A program made the translations under genes and the position numbers. From assembly GCA_023334545.1 (NCBI GenBank), contig JAADVB010000031.1, positions 1-64,000 of the forward strand: a DNA stretch of 64,000 bases. The letters run 5' to 3'. Shown piece by piece: positions 12,743 to 24,399 of this stretch; position 1 is the stretch's first letter, and each line of letters opens with the position of its first letter. A model generated the notes under the pieces. It had not been told where the DNA came from. It ran no database searches and was given only the letters and a program-made list of their open reading frames with translations. This DNA is from Salisapilia sapeloensis CBS 127946. Taxonomy: Eukaryota > Protista > Oomycota.

Positions 12743-14973
12743 CTACCATGGACTGATGGCTGACAGCCCTTCCTGCAGCATCGTCCAGTTGCCTTGGTCT
12801 CTCTGGCTCCCATCTTCCGAAGATGACTCATCGAACGATCCATAGTCCACGTCCTCCTCTTCCGACGGCAACAAGGCTTCCTCCAACTCCCCTCTCGCTC
12901 CTTGCTCAGAGCTCACGCTCTTCTCTCCTTTCGTCGCACTCAGACGACGAATACTATCTTCCCCAGTCACAAAGCTCTTGCCTCGTAACGATCGCCGCCT
13001 CGCCTTTGGACGATTCGCGACAAAGTAGACGGAGAAGAGGAAGCAGCCGATCGCGACACCAAACGCTACCACCAGCTCCACGCACATGACGGCCGTCAAC
13101 ATCCGATGGTCGATCGGAGGAGCATCCGGACTCGGTGGTGGCGTCACTATCAACGCACATGAGTTCTTATAGCAGACGTACAAGGTAAGCGGACCTACCT
13201 GCTGGAAGAAGGATGTTGACAAGAGCAGAAGCTGCCAGAGTAGACCCGACGAAGCTATCTTCCACGTAACTGATGGGAGATCCGTTCTGCGTGTAAAAGG
13301 CAGGAGAAAAGCTAGGCGTCTCCTTCGCCAGCGTCATGACTTCTGTCATACGTGGCACAGAAGAGGTGCAGACCATGTCACGCGTGCTGTTCCGGATGAA
13401 CTCTCCGACGCCAGGAAAGTCATTCTAGGTCGAGGAAGACAAGTTGAAACGCTATAGGTGACGATAGGGAAGACTCGACGTACGTGGATGAAGCCTCGTT
13501 GGGTGAAGTAGTTGTACACTAGGATCGAGACGGCAGGCGAATCGGTCGGTGGACTGCAGCTATTAAATGGCACTGGGAAGTGCGTACAAAAGAAGTGGAA
13601 CGTCTCGGATGGCGCTAGGAAATGGGACATGATGCTACTGCGACTTTCAGACGACAGCTTAGCAGCGTATGCTGGGAGAAACCCTCGAAGCGACGTACTT
13701 TCATCCGTCTCGTTCGGTGTATCGTCGAAGAACTAGTAGAGCAAGAGGTATGTAAGGTCCATTTCCAGTAGATACAGTCTCGATATGTTTCACCTGCGTG
13801 TGAGGATTCCAGAGGCCTGTCGTGTTACTCGAGCCAAAGATCCCTCGCTTGAGGTGATGGACGACCTTGTCCAGCTGCTTGACGTGGACGGCCATCTCGT
13901 CCTTGGACATATCCAGATTCGAACACGAGTGCAGGTTGGCGAATACAACGCGAGCAATCGTGGACAGCGCTTCGGCCGATCTCAGTGCCAAGGAGTTAAA
14001 CTCGACGTCTTGGACGCCAAAGCCATGTTCAGACGGCTCCAGTGTGGATCGATTGTACGCGAGGTAGATCATCGGTTCATATACGTCTTTAACCGCTACT
14101 TGTGCCGGTAGAAATGGAGATGCACCAATGGCAAAGCGGTCTTTAGCGGACTTTGGGATCCTCCTGATGACACTCGCGTAGTCTTCTTTTCGTTTTAACT
14201 CTCCAAGAGGCTGTTTCCAGTGGGACGAGAGAGAGGAAAATGTCTCCCATGGATGCTACTCGAGTGTCAGTCGTGGTGAAAGAGGTGAAGATCAAAGTAG
14301 CGTACAGAGGTGTAGAGGAGAGTGCTGGTATCGTTTGACGTCGCGTTCGACTGACGACGTGTCCAGAGGTAGTCTTGGAACCTGGAGAGGGACGGATAGG
14401 CTTCGCACAAGAAGTCCACAGCTTCATCCGTGTGGTGGACGACGTCTATTCCTGTTTCGTACGGCGACAGACGAAACATCTCCCACGCCACATCCGCCAC
14501 GATTGGAGGTGTCAAGATATCCGATGTCGAGAGACGACTGCTGTTGTACTCATTCTCTGCATTCCAGAAAGCAGGTCCTGGGAGGTACGTCCTATCACTA
14601 TCAATCCATTCCAGCGAAGAGTTGACCGACGGTCCGTAGACGACATGAGCGAGGAATCCATCCGATCGCTGGTGTTTCATAACATTCCTATCAAAATCTA
14701 AGCACACATTCGCCTATACGGCTCCATGCAGATACCTAAACTGAGCTGCAGCCTTGTGAAAGTCGACATGCGCCAAGGCTTGCGCTGCCATGAGCGCATC
14801 AGGCGTTTTCTATCCGCATCTCAATCCCTCTCCACTTTCTACTTGTATATCTTTCGTACCAGATACTGAAACCCAACGTCCTGGATGGATCCTGGTGTGA
14901 CAGCCCCGAGTGTATCATCCGTGTGATTCGAAAGTATCTCTAGAGCCTGGATCTGTATCTCGTGGTCGCACAT
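12743..14973 (-). CDS. GH63/mannosylglycerate-hydrolase-like (alpha/alpha)6 protein with C-terminal transmembrane anchor, spliced
   Basis: Exons give DALMAAQALAHVDFHKA, QRSDGFLAHVVY, TPPIVADVAWEMF, HPWE, VQDVEFNSL...GLWN, GFLPAY and a late hydrophobic helix (VMCVELVVAFGVAIGCFLFSVYFV). Start codon uncertain. Confidence 0.62.
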
Positions 14974-15088
14974 GTCGTCGGAGAACGCGAGGTGTCTAGA
15001 AAAGTATCAGCTCGGATAAGAATATTCTGATATATTCTTGAAGGTACAGCCGGCTGAATGGTCACTAACCAACTATCTCGTCAGCAGC

Positions 15089-16048
15089 ATGAGCGAACCA
15101 GCGACTAAGAAGCAAAAGACGGACGAGACCCAGGCCGAAAACCTCACGGAGAATGCTGCTGTCCAGGGTGTCCTCGAGAATGTCCAGAAAATCGATGAGG
15201 AACTCGAGGCCGATAACATGCAGCTGAGCAAGGAAGTCCTGGCGCTCGAAGCTAAGCATAACTTTAATAAGCGTCCGTTGTTCGTGAAACGCCTAGAGCT
15301 CCTGCGGCAAGTCCCTGGCTTCTGGAAGCAGACAGTACGTCTAGGTCGTACTTATATCGTGTCAAGTCGTTTAATGCTGTGCTCGTAGCTTCTCAACCAT
15401 CCGCTGATCGTCCACTTTATCGATGAGCAGGATGAGGAGATCATGGCGTACTTGAAAGAGGTCGACGTCACCTTTACGGACGATCGTGGTGGCTTCAAGA
15501 TCGATTTGGTACGACCGATATGTGTGTTTAGATCAATATGAAACTCATCTCGTGATAGACTATGGAGAAGAATCCTTTCCTGACGAACGAAAAGCTCTGG
15601 AAGGAGATTACATACGCAGAGGATGGTGAGCTAGAGGTCGAGGTGTCTCCTATTGAATGGACGGAAGAAGGCAAGAAGCTCCAGGACAAGGACGCCGAGT
15701 CGCCTTCCTTTTTCAACGTACGTCCTGCTACTGCCTTGTCACTCTCTCTCTTACACACACATGTCTCCATCTAGTGGTTCGCTTCGGAAGAAGGCGACCA
15801 GATCGCGTCGGAGGTCTTCAAGGACGACATCTGGAAGGACCCCGTGCAGTTCTACCTGAACAAGGCAGTACGTATGATCTCTTGTGCATGTAAAACCTAC
15901 CTAACGCTTGTCGCGACAGTTGGAGGATGTCGATACGGATGACGAAGAGGAAGACGACGAGGAAGAAGAGAATGAAGAAGCCGATGGGGAGAAAGACACT
16001 GAGGAGGAAGCAGGTGGAGAGAAAGAGAATGGGGAGGAAGACGAGTAG
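15089..16048 (+). CDS. Nucleosome assembly protein (NAP/SET family histone chaperone)
   Basis: KRPLFVKRLELLRQVPGFWKQT, LNHPLI, EKNPFLTNEKLWKEI, SFFN and an acidic DE-rich tail. Confidence 0.85.
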
Positions 16049-16120
16049 GAAAGGTGTAGATTTTGGAGATTGGTTCGTTTAGACCGTACGAATGCAAAGC
16101 GATGTCACCCACTTCTTCCC

Positions 16121-16408
16121 TCACGTAGCTTTGCTCTTGTACTTGGCACTTCGTAGCCACTTGATCTCGTTCTTATTGAACATGCCCCAGTCCGGAAGTA
16201 CCACCTAGATCACACATTACTCCACGCGTTCCACCTTCGAGCTATTCATACGTACGATCGCAGCGAGGCACGTGGCAGCTCCCCAGCCTTGAACAGCAAG
16301 CTTAAAGTCCTGCTGGAGGTACCCATAGATCCAAGCAGGCACGCATCCGATGATCAGACACGCCACGAGACACCGTTCGACGACGAGCTGGCCGCGATAG
16401 TCCACCAT
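16121..16408 (-). CDS. SPCS1: Signal peptidase complex subunit 1 (SPC12 family)
   Basis: MVDYRGQLVVE...AWIYGYLQQDF...(intron)VVLPDWGMFNKNEIKW matches the SPC12 DYxGQ and PxWPxxxxxxxxW pattern. Confidence 0.85.
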
Positions 16409-16505
16409 GATCCAACGCTCGAGTCCTTGTTAATTCGTATCAAGTGCTTACGTTTGATTCGACAGGACGTGAGACAAATCAAATTGAGCTCTTCCAATAG
16501 CAAGC

Positions 16506-16940
16506 ATGGGGATACATGGAGAACCAGCGGAGGGCATGGAGTGCCTTGCCACCATGGACGACATTACGAAAGAAAACTACTGCGAGTACCAAACAGCGCC
16601 GAGTGGTAAGTGGCACCCGTCGCTCTTTGCAGCTGAAGTCGTGACGCAGCTGCAGCAGACGCAGTTCCACTCGTACATGAAGGCTGTGCAGCAGCCTGAT
16701 TGCAAGGCCGAACTTCGGCGCTTGGTGGCCAAAGGACCGCCGGTCTGGGTCGAGGACAAACACGCCTTGTCGCTGCCCGAAGGCGACACGCACGTGTGTC
16801 AGCTCTGGTTCGCGAATGAGGACAAGGAGGTGAGTGCCAAGCTCGACGGTGCGGTCGAAGGAGAGGAACGAGAGGCGTTGTGGGCAGAGCTGCGTGAGAT
16901 GCTAGACGCCATGGAAGAGGACAAGGAAGAAGTACGATAA
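16506..16940 (+). CDS. Conserved-looking hypothetical protein, 144 aa, intronless
   Basis: Clean ORF with genic codon usage and globular-looking sequence (HGEPAEGMECLATMDDIT...GPPVWVEDKHAL). No function recognised. Confidence 0.65.
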   Translation: MGIHGEPAEGMECLATMDDITKENYCEYQTAPSGKWHPSLFAAEVVTQLQQTQFHSYMKAVQQPDCKAELRRLVAKGPPVWVEDKHALSLPEGDTHVCQLWFANEDKEVSAKLDGAVEGEEREALWAELREMLDAMEEDKEEVR

Positions 16941-17101
16941 GGTGGTAGAATGAAAGCTAGAAGAACTCGTACGTTCCGTTCGCATGTGTGTTGGTTGTTA
17001 GCTCTAGTAGACTGCTACGATACGCTCTTTGTCTTCTATCAAACGATAGAAGAGTACCTCTCCCTCTTCGTATCCAACCGTGTAAGATCACACGTGGCAA
17101 A

Positions 17102-18397
17102 ATGAACGCCAAGCCGATCATCGTCGAGATCGGCTCTCAGTTCCTCCGCGCTGGACTCGCCGGAGAGCGAGGACCACGCTGCGTACAGCCATGGGAGGTG
17201 ATCTCTACATACAGAACTTCATAGCGCACAGCTCTAACAAGATACAGATCTATGAGCTCCTACAAATGCCGAGGACGAAGGAAGAATGGGTCGAAGAACT
17301 ACAGCAGCCACTGTACGACGTATGCTTCGAGTACGTCCTCTAGCTCTAGAATAGTCGGAACTTATCTTCATGGCGAGTGGTAATTATATAGATCGCTGCT
17401 CGTGAATCCACACCAGCGCCGGGTCGTCGTGTGCGAAGGCGACATGGTCTTCCCACACGCACTTCGAGAAGCCATCGTCACGGTATTCCTGCGCGATCTA
17501 AAGGCTGCGAGTGTAGCCTTCGCCCCTGGGATGCTTATGGCGATCTACGGGACGTCCAACCAGACGGCGCTGATCATCGACTGCGGATACAAAGAGACTC
17601 GACTCTTTCCCATCTTTCAAGGCATCCCCCTCCGACACTTGTACACTGTTGTTCCGACAGGCAGTCTTCGGTCCTCTCTGATGCTCCAGAAGAGTCTCCA
17701 GGTCGACTTGTCCAATGCCAGAGACATTCTCGAGCGAGCGTGCTTCGTCCAGCCCATGGTACGTCCATTTCGATACTTTTCCTCGTCCACACTCTCAATC
17801 GTAGCGTAGGAGCCTGTGCAAGACGTCTCAGACGCAACGATTCGTCTGAGTCAGGAGCATACCATTCACGTAAGTAGTGTCTGTAGATGGATGTAAGCAC
17901 GATCTCATCATGGAAAACCATAGGTACCTGCCGCACTTCGGTCCCAAGTTACCGAGCATCTCTTCGTCGGTACCTTTCACTTGCGCTTGCCTCCTCCACT
18001 TGCCTTGTCTAACGCTATAATATCGTGCTTAGGAAACGATCAAGACGGTGCTTCTATCGTGGAAGCAGTGGCAGACCTGGCAGAGCGCCTGCCAGTCGAT
18101 GCTCGGCTCGGATGTCTTTCCAATCTCCTCCTCCTGGGTGGTACAGCCATGCTCCCTGGGTTCTCTCTACGCCTGGTGGAACAAGTACGCTCCAGTCTGC
18201 AGCAGAAGAACGTCTCGAAGAAACTAACGGAGGAAGGCTCCGTCGCTGCTGTCGCCACCCACTTCCCACCGAATATACTCGGATGGGTCGGCACATCCGT
18301 CTACGCCAGTGCTGCAGACTTACAGCCTCAGAGCATCACGATGGAGCAGCACACATCTGGCACGTTCGCTCTCCCAGATTGGCTCTCCGTCGCCTGA
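17102..18397 (+). CDS. Actin-related protein, most like dynactin ARP10/Arp11 (ACTR10)
   Basis: PIIVEIGSQFLRAGLAGE (phosphate-1 loop), TALIIDCGYKETRLFPIF, NLLLLGGTAMLPGF and LGWVGTSVYAS are divergent actin-fold motifs. Confidence 0.75.
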
Positions 18398-18473
18398 TAA
18401 ATCCAATGCAAACATGTAGAGTTCGTTCTCAAGTAGTCAACCCATGTTATACCTTTCCATATCTACTCTTCCT

Positions 18474-20332
18474 CTACTTGCTGCTACGTAGTCCAAGCGG
18501 TCGACCGGTGCTGTCCCACGGAGCCTTCACGCCCAAGTCAGGGATCTTCTGCAGTGTAACCGCGGTGTTCGATGAGCCCAATGGCGCAATGTGGTGCGGG
18601 AAACGCTTGTTCGTTCCACCCACAGCTAACTTGGAGTCCAGCTGACCTGTCACGCGCTTCACGTCCGCATCTTCACTGCGCTTCTCATTCGCCTTCGCAT
18701 CCGCCTGGAGGTTGTCACTAACCGCAGCCGGGGTCTTGCTTGAAGACACTGGAAGCACAGAAGTGGCCGGTTGCTCTTCCGAATCACTGTCATCGCTACC
18801 GAAGGGCTCGTCCAGCACTCGCCACAGACTAAGTCGACGTAGTTCCTCGCATCCACCGACACCCTGTGCATACGTCTGCAACTGCACTCCCTCTTTCGGA
18901 TAAGACACGTCTGGGAAACTCGTGTCGAGAAGAGGCTGTTCCTCATCGTTCTGCTCGATGTAGACGTAAAAGGTCGAGTCAAAGTAGATTGCCACGAGCA
19001 CGACCTCTCCGAGGTACGACTTGCTCGCGATCGCCTCCACGTCCTTCAGCTGCTCGCTGGGTGCGACGCCAGCCTCGAAGAAACAGTCGATACCTTCTCC
19101 TTCGAGCCACCAACTAGCTCGCTTGCCACTTTCTCCATTCTTGGCTAGCTCTCGGACAATCTGCTCCGCTCTAGATAGCTCACCTTGTAGCGCTGGCATG
19201 GCTTGAGCCAAGTATGACATGGATGGCGTAAAGAGCGACGTTGCGGGCATCTTGGTTGCTTCGCACATGAACGTCTACGAGGTTTCCATAAGTTTCTACA
19301 TATATCGAACCGATAAATAATGTTAAATACCAAGGCGCTTTGTTGCCGACGAAGGAGAGGGATGATGACTGGAACGTCACCAAGCTCCAGCTTTGGACCG
19401 AGATCGACGTGACCATTGTAGCACCAATTACCAAATCGAAATAGCACTTCTCTAAGACTGCCAGTTCCTCCGTCAGTTCTCGGTGTGCGTCGGATGACAA
19501 AAGTTTGATTATATCCTTGCCCACTCACATCTTTACACTCGAGTTTGAGTGTCTTTGGAGGGCTCCGGACAGCGAGTTCACTTCTTTCACCAGCTTGCCA
19601 TATCATTAGCTTTTTCATGTTGGTGCAATCGTCGTCTTTATACGTCTGCAGATGAACTCCTTGTAAGTGAGCGGTGAGGTCCGGAAAGCGTACATCGAGT
19701 AGGGGCTGCTCTCCTTCTCCTTCCTGCAGCACGATATAAAAGCTTCTCTGGTAGTAGATGATGAGCAAAACAAGCCCACGAACAAAGGTTTTGCTCGCAA
19801 CGAGGTCGACGTCGTCAAAGCACTCATAACCTCCACTTACGAGCTCAAAGAAGTGCTTGTTGCTCGAATCCTCTTCGATCCAACTGTTATCGTCCTGGAT
19901 GGCACGCTGGAGCTTCTTTTCAATACGTTCGCTTGCGAGCTCAGACCCGATAAAGTCGAAAGCGTCGTATAGCGTTTCGAGAGGCACACTGTATGGCGAT
20001 GTGGACGGAAGAGCCCGCCATTCGCACAGATACTGGAGAGAGCCTTGCTGCTTCTGCAACGCAGGGATGACCATCGGCAGGTCTGCTAGCTCGAGGGCTG
20101 GACTTCCCAGGTCGACTTTACCCGCATAGCACCAGTTGCCACATCGGAAGAGGACTTCATGGATGTTGGATTTACTCGACCGAATGATGTAGGATTGGTT
20201 GTAACCGTGTCGAAGAGCAACGACATTTGGCGAAGGAGCACCTGCAGTGTCCACTTCACAGTCCGAATCGCTCTTATCGTCCGTGTGCTTAGAGGTAGGA
20301 CGGGAGTCGTCGCTGCTGGATTTGGCTTCCAT
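18474..20332 (-). CDS. Hypothetical protein built from two tandem copies of a ~190-aa domain
   Basis: Two ORFs join across a ~57-nt intron near 19280-19337. The repeats share GYNQ..I.R, EVLFR.GNWCY.G.VDLG, IASK, EQPLLD..FPD and GV.LQTY. Confidence 0.72.
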
Positions 20333-20508
20333 CGTACCTCGACGCTTTCGCTGTAAATAATCTCTCGCGTAGTGTGAAACCTACGGACGGGTGCATGGGA
20401 GTGGAAGTTTGAAACCGATACGAGAGATGAAAAATAGTGTATTCCCATTCGAGCTGTCTTTTATCTACTCTTATGACACCAATCTTCTCTCTTGTTGTTG
20501 CCGTCAAG

Positions 20509-22079
20509 CTATTCCTCTCCGACAACTGAGGCAAAGGTACGGCCGCCACCCCACGCACCACCACTTTCCTCTTCATCATCACAACGGTCTTCCGACGGCG
20601 TAGGTGGAGGGCCCCAAGCACCACCACTCGTTTCCTCATGCTCGTGGGGATCACCCGAAGACGGAAGCGGAGGACCCCACGCACTGAGCGGTGGAGGTGG
20701 GGGCGGTGACTCTCCACGGCTCAGTCGACTGCGCGTGCGACTTCCACGGAAGCGAGATTGGATCCGAGTGGCTGCCTGTCGCTCGTCCGGCGGCAGTGCT
20801 TCCGGGAAGGCCGATCCGATCTTGATATTATCGCCACGGCCGAAGGGGTAGCACTTGATGTTGCAGCGGTAGGGTCCGCAGTCAACATGGTTCTCCTCCT
20901 TCCCGTTCAAAAAGCACAACGTGTAGAGTGCAAGTTCAAACTCCGGACTGACACCGATGAAGCTACTCGGTTCTAGATGAGACAAGAGGCAAGACAGAAA
21001 CGCTACTGGACATACCTGGTCGACACAGGCTTGATCTCGTCCTCCCACTTGAACTGGAAGGTCAGGAGCTGCTCATAGCTGTCCGGTTCCATGAATTTGC
21101 GTCCACGCTAGTCGCATCGTAACCGAATGAACAGAATCTTTTTGGACAACTAGCTTACCTTCTTCGGGTGGACGTAGCCTCGGTAGTTGACCCGACCTTC
21201 GCGCTCTTCGTTGTAGATCTGGATCCAGTTGTGACAGCCAGAGACTTTTCCCTGCACACATACGCTTCTCAGAAGTACGTAAGATAAGGATAGTCCAGGT
21301 TTCCACACGTACGTCTCTTTCTTCACCGACGAAGACATGCTCAAAGCCGGACGAGTCGTTCCGGACTTCTCGACGGTAGAATCCAAACCTAGTTAACGAA
21401 AAGATAAGCACTAATTCAATAATGAAATGGGAAGTGAGGATGGTACCAGATATCGTCTAGCTTTTTGACAAAGTCTCGCATGTCCCCATCAAACTTCTTC
21501 TTCTTCACAAGCCACCTAGAACCAAAGCGTAAGCATGTACACCTGCGGAGTAAATGTCAGTGCCCAATACTTGTGGACGTAGCGAATGGGAAGTGTCTCT
21601 GAGACGGCGTGGAGGAAGTTCCGGTTCTCCGACAGCTCCTCCTCCGTCACGGTCTCTCTCGTCCCAGTCTACTTGGCCGTCAATACAGGCCGCGGATGGC
21701 GTCGTAACAATCGTATCAACGTACGCTACGCGAGTAATTGTCCAGCAGCATTCGGAAGCACTGGAACGTCGGTCTCTCCAACAGACTCTGGTCGACGAAC
21801 GTAAACAGAGGCTCGTCCGCGACGTCCCCGTGCTCCCACATGTGCTTTCCCTCCTGCAAATTCAGCTCATAGTCGATCCCAGGCTCCAGTCTAGTGTATA
21901 TCAGACGCATGAGATCGCTGCCATCGCCACCAATCTATAAAGTAGACCTGTTCGCGTCTAGAAGCCAGAGCTTAGTGCAAGCCTTGGACAGGTCGTGCAG
22001 CTCCTCGACTACACCAGTGTAAGCAGGACGACAAAGAACCAAAGCTAGTCGACGTACACGTAGGATCTTCTGGTGCCAT
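20509..22079 (-). CDS. ENDOU: EndoU/XendoU uridylate-specific endoribonuclease with C-terminal IQ motif and Pro-rich tail
   Basis: LWLLDANR, SSGFEHVFVGE, GCHNWIQIYNEEREGRVNYRGY and GVSPEFELALYTLCFL, followed by AATRIQSRFRGSRTR and PPPPPP. Confidence 0.87.
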
Positions 22080-22129
22080 TTTGATCTGAAGCTCAGGTCC
22101 AAAGTGTTTGGACAATCAGATCCAAAATG
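22077..22129. repeat. Imperfect palindrome joining the EndoU and ArgA start codons
   Basis: Outer arms CATTTTGATCTGA / TCAGATCCAAAATG (13 bp, 1-nt bulge). Inner arms GTCCAAA / TTTGGAC around a GTG loop. Confidence 0.8.
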
Positions 22130-23733
22130 CTCCGACTGCAGAGGTGGGTGCGACGCGTGCGACCAACTCCAGCTTTGAAGACACTTCGATGCGCTGCTTT
22201 CAATTCTTCAGCAAGCAATAGACCGACGCAAGCCACTGTGACGGACACGCTGCCAGAGGTGCCTGTGAAGTGCCTCGAGCTGGTGCAGCGCAGAGAGCCA
22301 TCGGCCGACGCCAGGAGCTCCGTTGGGACCTTTATCAACATGTTCCGAGACATGTCGCCATACATCACCTTCCATCGAGGCAGCACCATGGTCATCCACA
22401 TTCCTGGCGAGCTCTTCGACTCGGACCTCTTCGGTGCCACCATGCAGGACCTGACCCTGCTTCAGACTTTCGGCATCCGATTGGTCCTCGTGGCCGGGTG
22501 TAGGCCACAGCTCAATCGGCAACTGGAGCTACGAGGGCTATCGCAGCGCTTTGATGGCGGCCTCCGGATCACTGGACCCGAAGAACTCAAGGCAGCCATG
22601 GATGCCGCAGGGACGGTGCGATTCCAAATCGAGAGCTGCCTCGGCCGTGGACTGATCAATTCGCCCAGCCGCCAGCGACCCGTCAGCGTCTCGTCTGGAA
22701 ACTTCATCACTGCCCAGCCGATCGGTGTTCGGTCCGGTGTCGACTTCAAGAACACGGGCGAGATGCGTCGAGTGAACGTCGAAAAGGTGCAGGACGCGCT
22801 TGACAATCAGGACATCGTCCTGATATCTAACATCGGCTACAGTGCCAGCGGAGAAGTCTTCAATTGCATGTCCGAGAGCGTTGCAAGCAAAGCGGCGAGT
22901 CAGCTGCAAGCAGACAAGCTCATCTTCCTCCACAACGGAGAAGAGATGATCGACAATCGGTCTGGTCAGGTGGTGCAGGCGCTAACTATTCAGCAGGCGC
23001 AAGAGTACGCTGAGATAGCTCGGAACGATCCCAAGATCGACTCCAACTTCCTTACCTACCTCAAGCAGTCGCTCAAGGCCTGTGTGAACGGAGTGACGAG
23101 AGCACACCTCGTCAGCAGCCATGTGGACGGAGCGCTCTTGCAGGAGCTCTTCACTCGAGACGGCGAAGGGCTCATGGTCTCTAAGAATATCTACGAAGGC
23201 ATCCGCATGGCCACGAGAAGCGACATCCCGAGCATCATGCGACTCATCCAGCCGCTCCTGGACAAGGACGTACTAGTGTCTCGCTCCCAGGAACAGATCG
23301 AGTCGGATGTCCATACGTTTGCTGTCGTCGAGAGAGACGGAGCTCTCATCGCTTGTGCTGCACTACAGCCGTACGAGAACAAGCATGCTGAAATGGCTTG
23401 TGTAGCTGTCGACCCTGCCTACCGAAGTCTAGGAAAGGTACGTGTATGAATTTTGAAAGAACCGGCCAAGAGCTCATATTAGTGTAGGGTAATGCGCTGC
23501 TGGGATTTATACTGCGAAAGGCTCGAGCGGTTGGAGTGACAAAGGTCTTTGTCATGACGACGAGGACGTCTCACTGGTTCCTCGAGCGCGGCTTTCAAGA
23601 GGCGACGGTGGACGACCTTCCTGTGTCGAAGCAGAACAAGATCGACCGCAAACGCCAGTCCAAGGTGTATATTATGGACATTAGCTCCAAACGCCTTCTA
23701 GACGAAAAAGAGTTGCTGCTCAATATGGTTTAA
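22127..23733 (+). CDS. argA: ArgA-type N-acetylglutamate synthase (amino-acid-kinase domain + GNAT), N-terminal organellar targeting-like peptide
   Basis: FRDMSPYITFHRGSTMVI, LVLVAGCRPQL, SGNFITAQPIGVRSGVDFKNTGEMR, GYSASGEVFN, LLQELFTRDG, EMACVAVDPAYR and HWFLERGF. Confidence 0.92.
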
Positions 23734-24399
23734 TGTAGCTAGACATAGACGTACATTGGACTTTCATCTGTTGGTCAACTTTCTCTGTAGCTGCTTACGG
23801 CAGATTACCAAGCAAACAAACTTAATCTGACGATACATGTTTTCCAATCTTGAAATACTTTAAAGTCACAGCCAGCTGTAGGCCAGCAATTAGAACGCAG
23901 GAAACATCGTGTTAGCCTACTTGGACGAAAGTAGACTAGGAAATATATTGTTAATGCTTTTGGACTTAGGACGTAGTGGTGACAACAAGCATCGCGAGTA
24001 TTCATGATGAACTCAGAGCAACCTTACCAGCAATACGAGTCCTTTAAGTAGTCGTTACAAAATTTAAAACATGGCAGATTCTTGCCAAAGCAATAGACTC
24101 TTAGGGCCATCAAACTAATGATCTAGCTAAGCAAATACACGATGCCCAAGAAATCACAACCAAATTACAGAACGAGAAAGCAAACACAAGCAGTGTAGAA
24201 ACCCATCAGTATGTAAACTGTAACAATGACTAAAATACATTAAGGATCAGCGCATTGCGTGCATATAGTATTGTTCGTTCATTAGAATAGACTCATGTCT
24301 ATAATATTTTGGTACATTTCGACTGTAGTCGTGTTTGACACTCCCACATCACAAATTCGACTGAGATAGATTCTGTCCCAAATAAAGCAACTATCTAGC

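Noticed and set aside
1-16408. SPCS2 and SPCS1 in the same 16 kb as a functional cluster
   Set aside because: They are separated by nine unrelated genes, which is compatible with chance.
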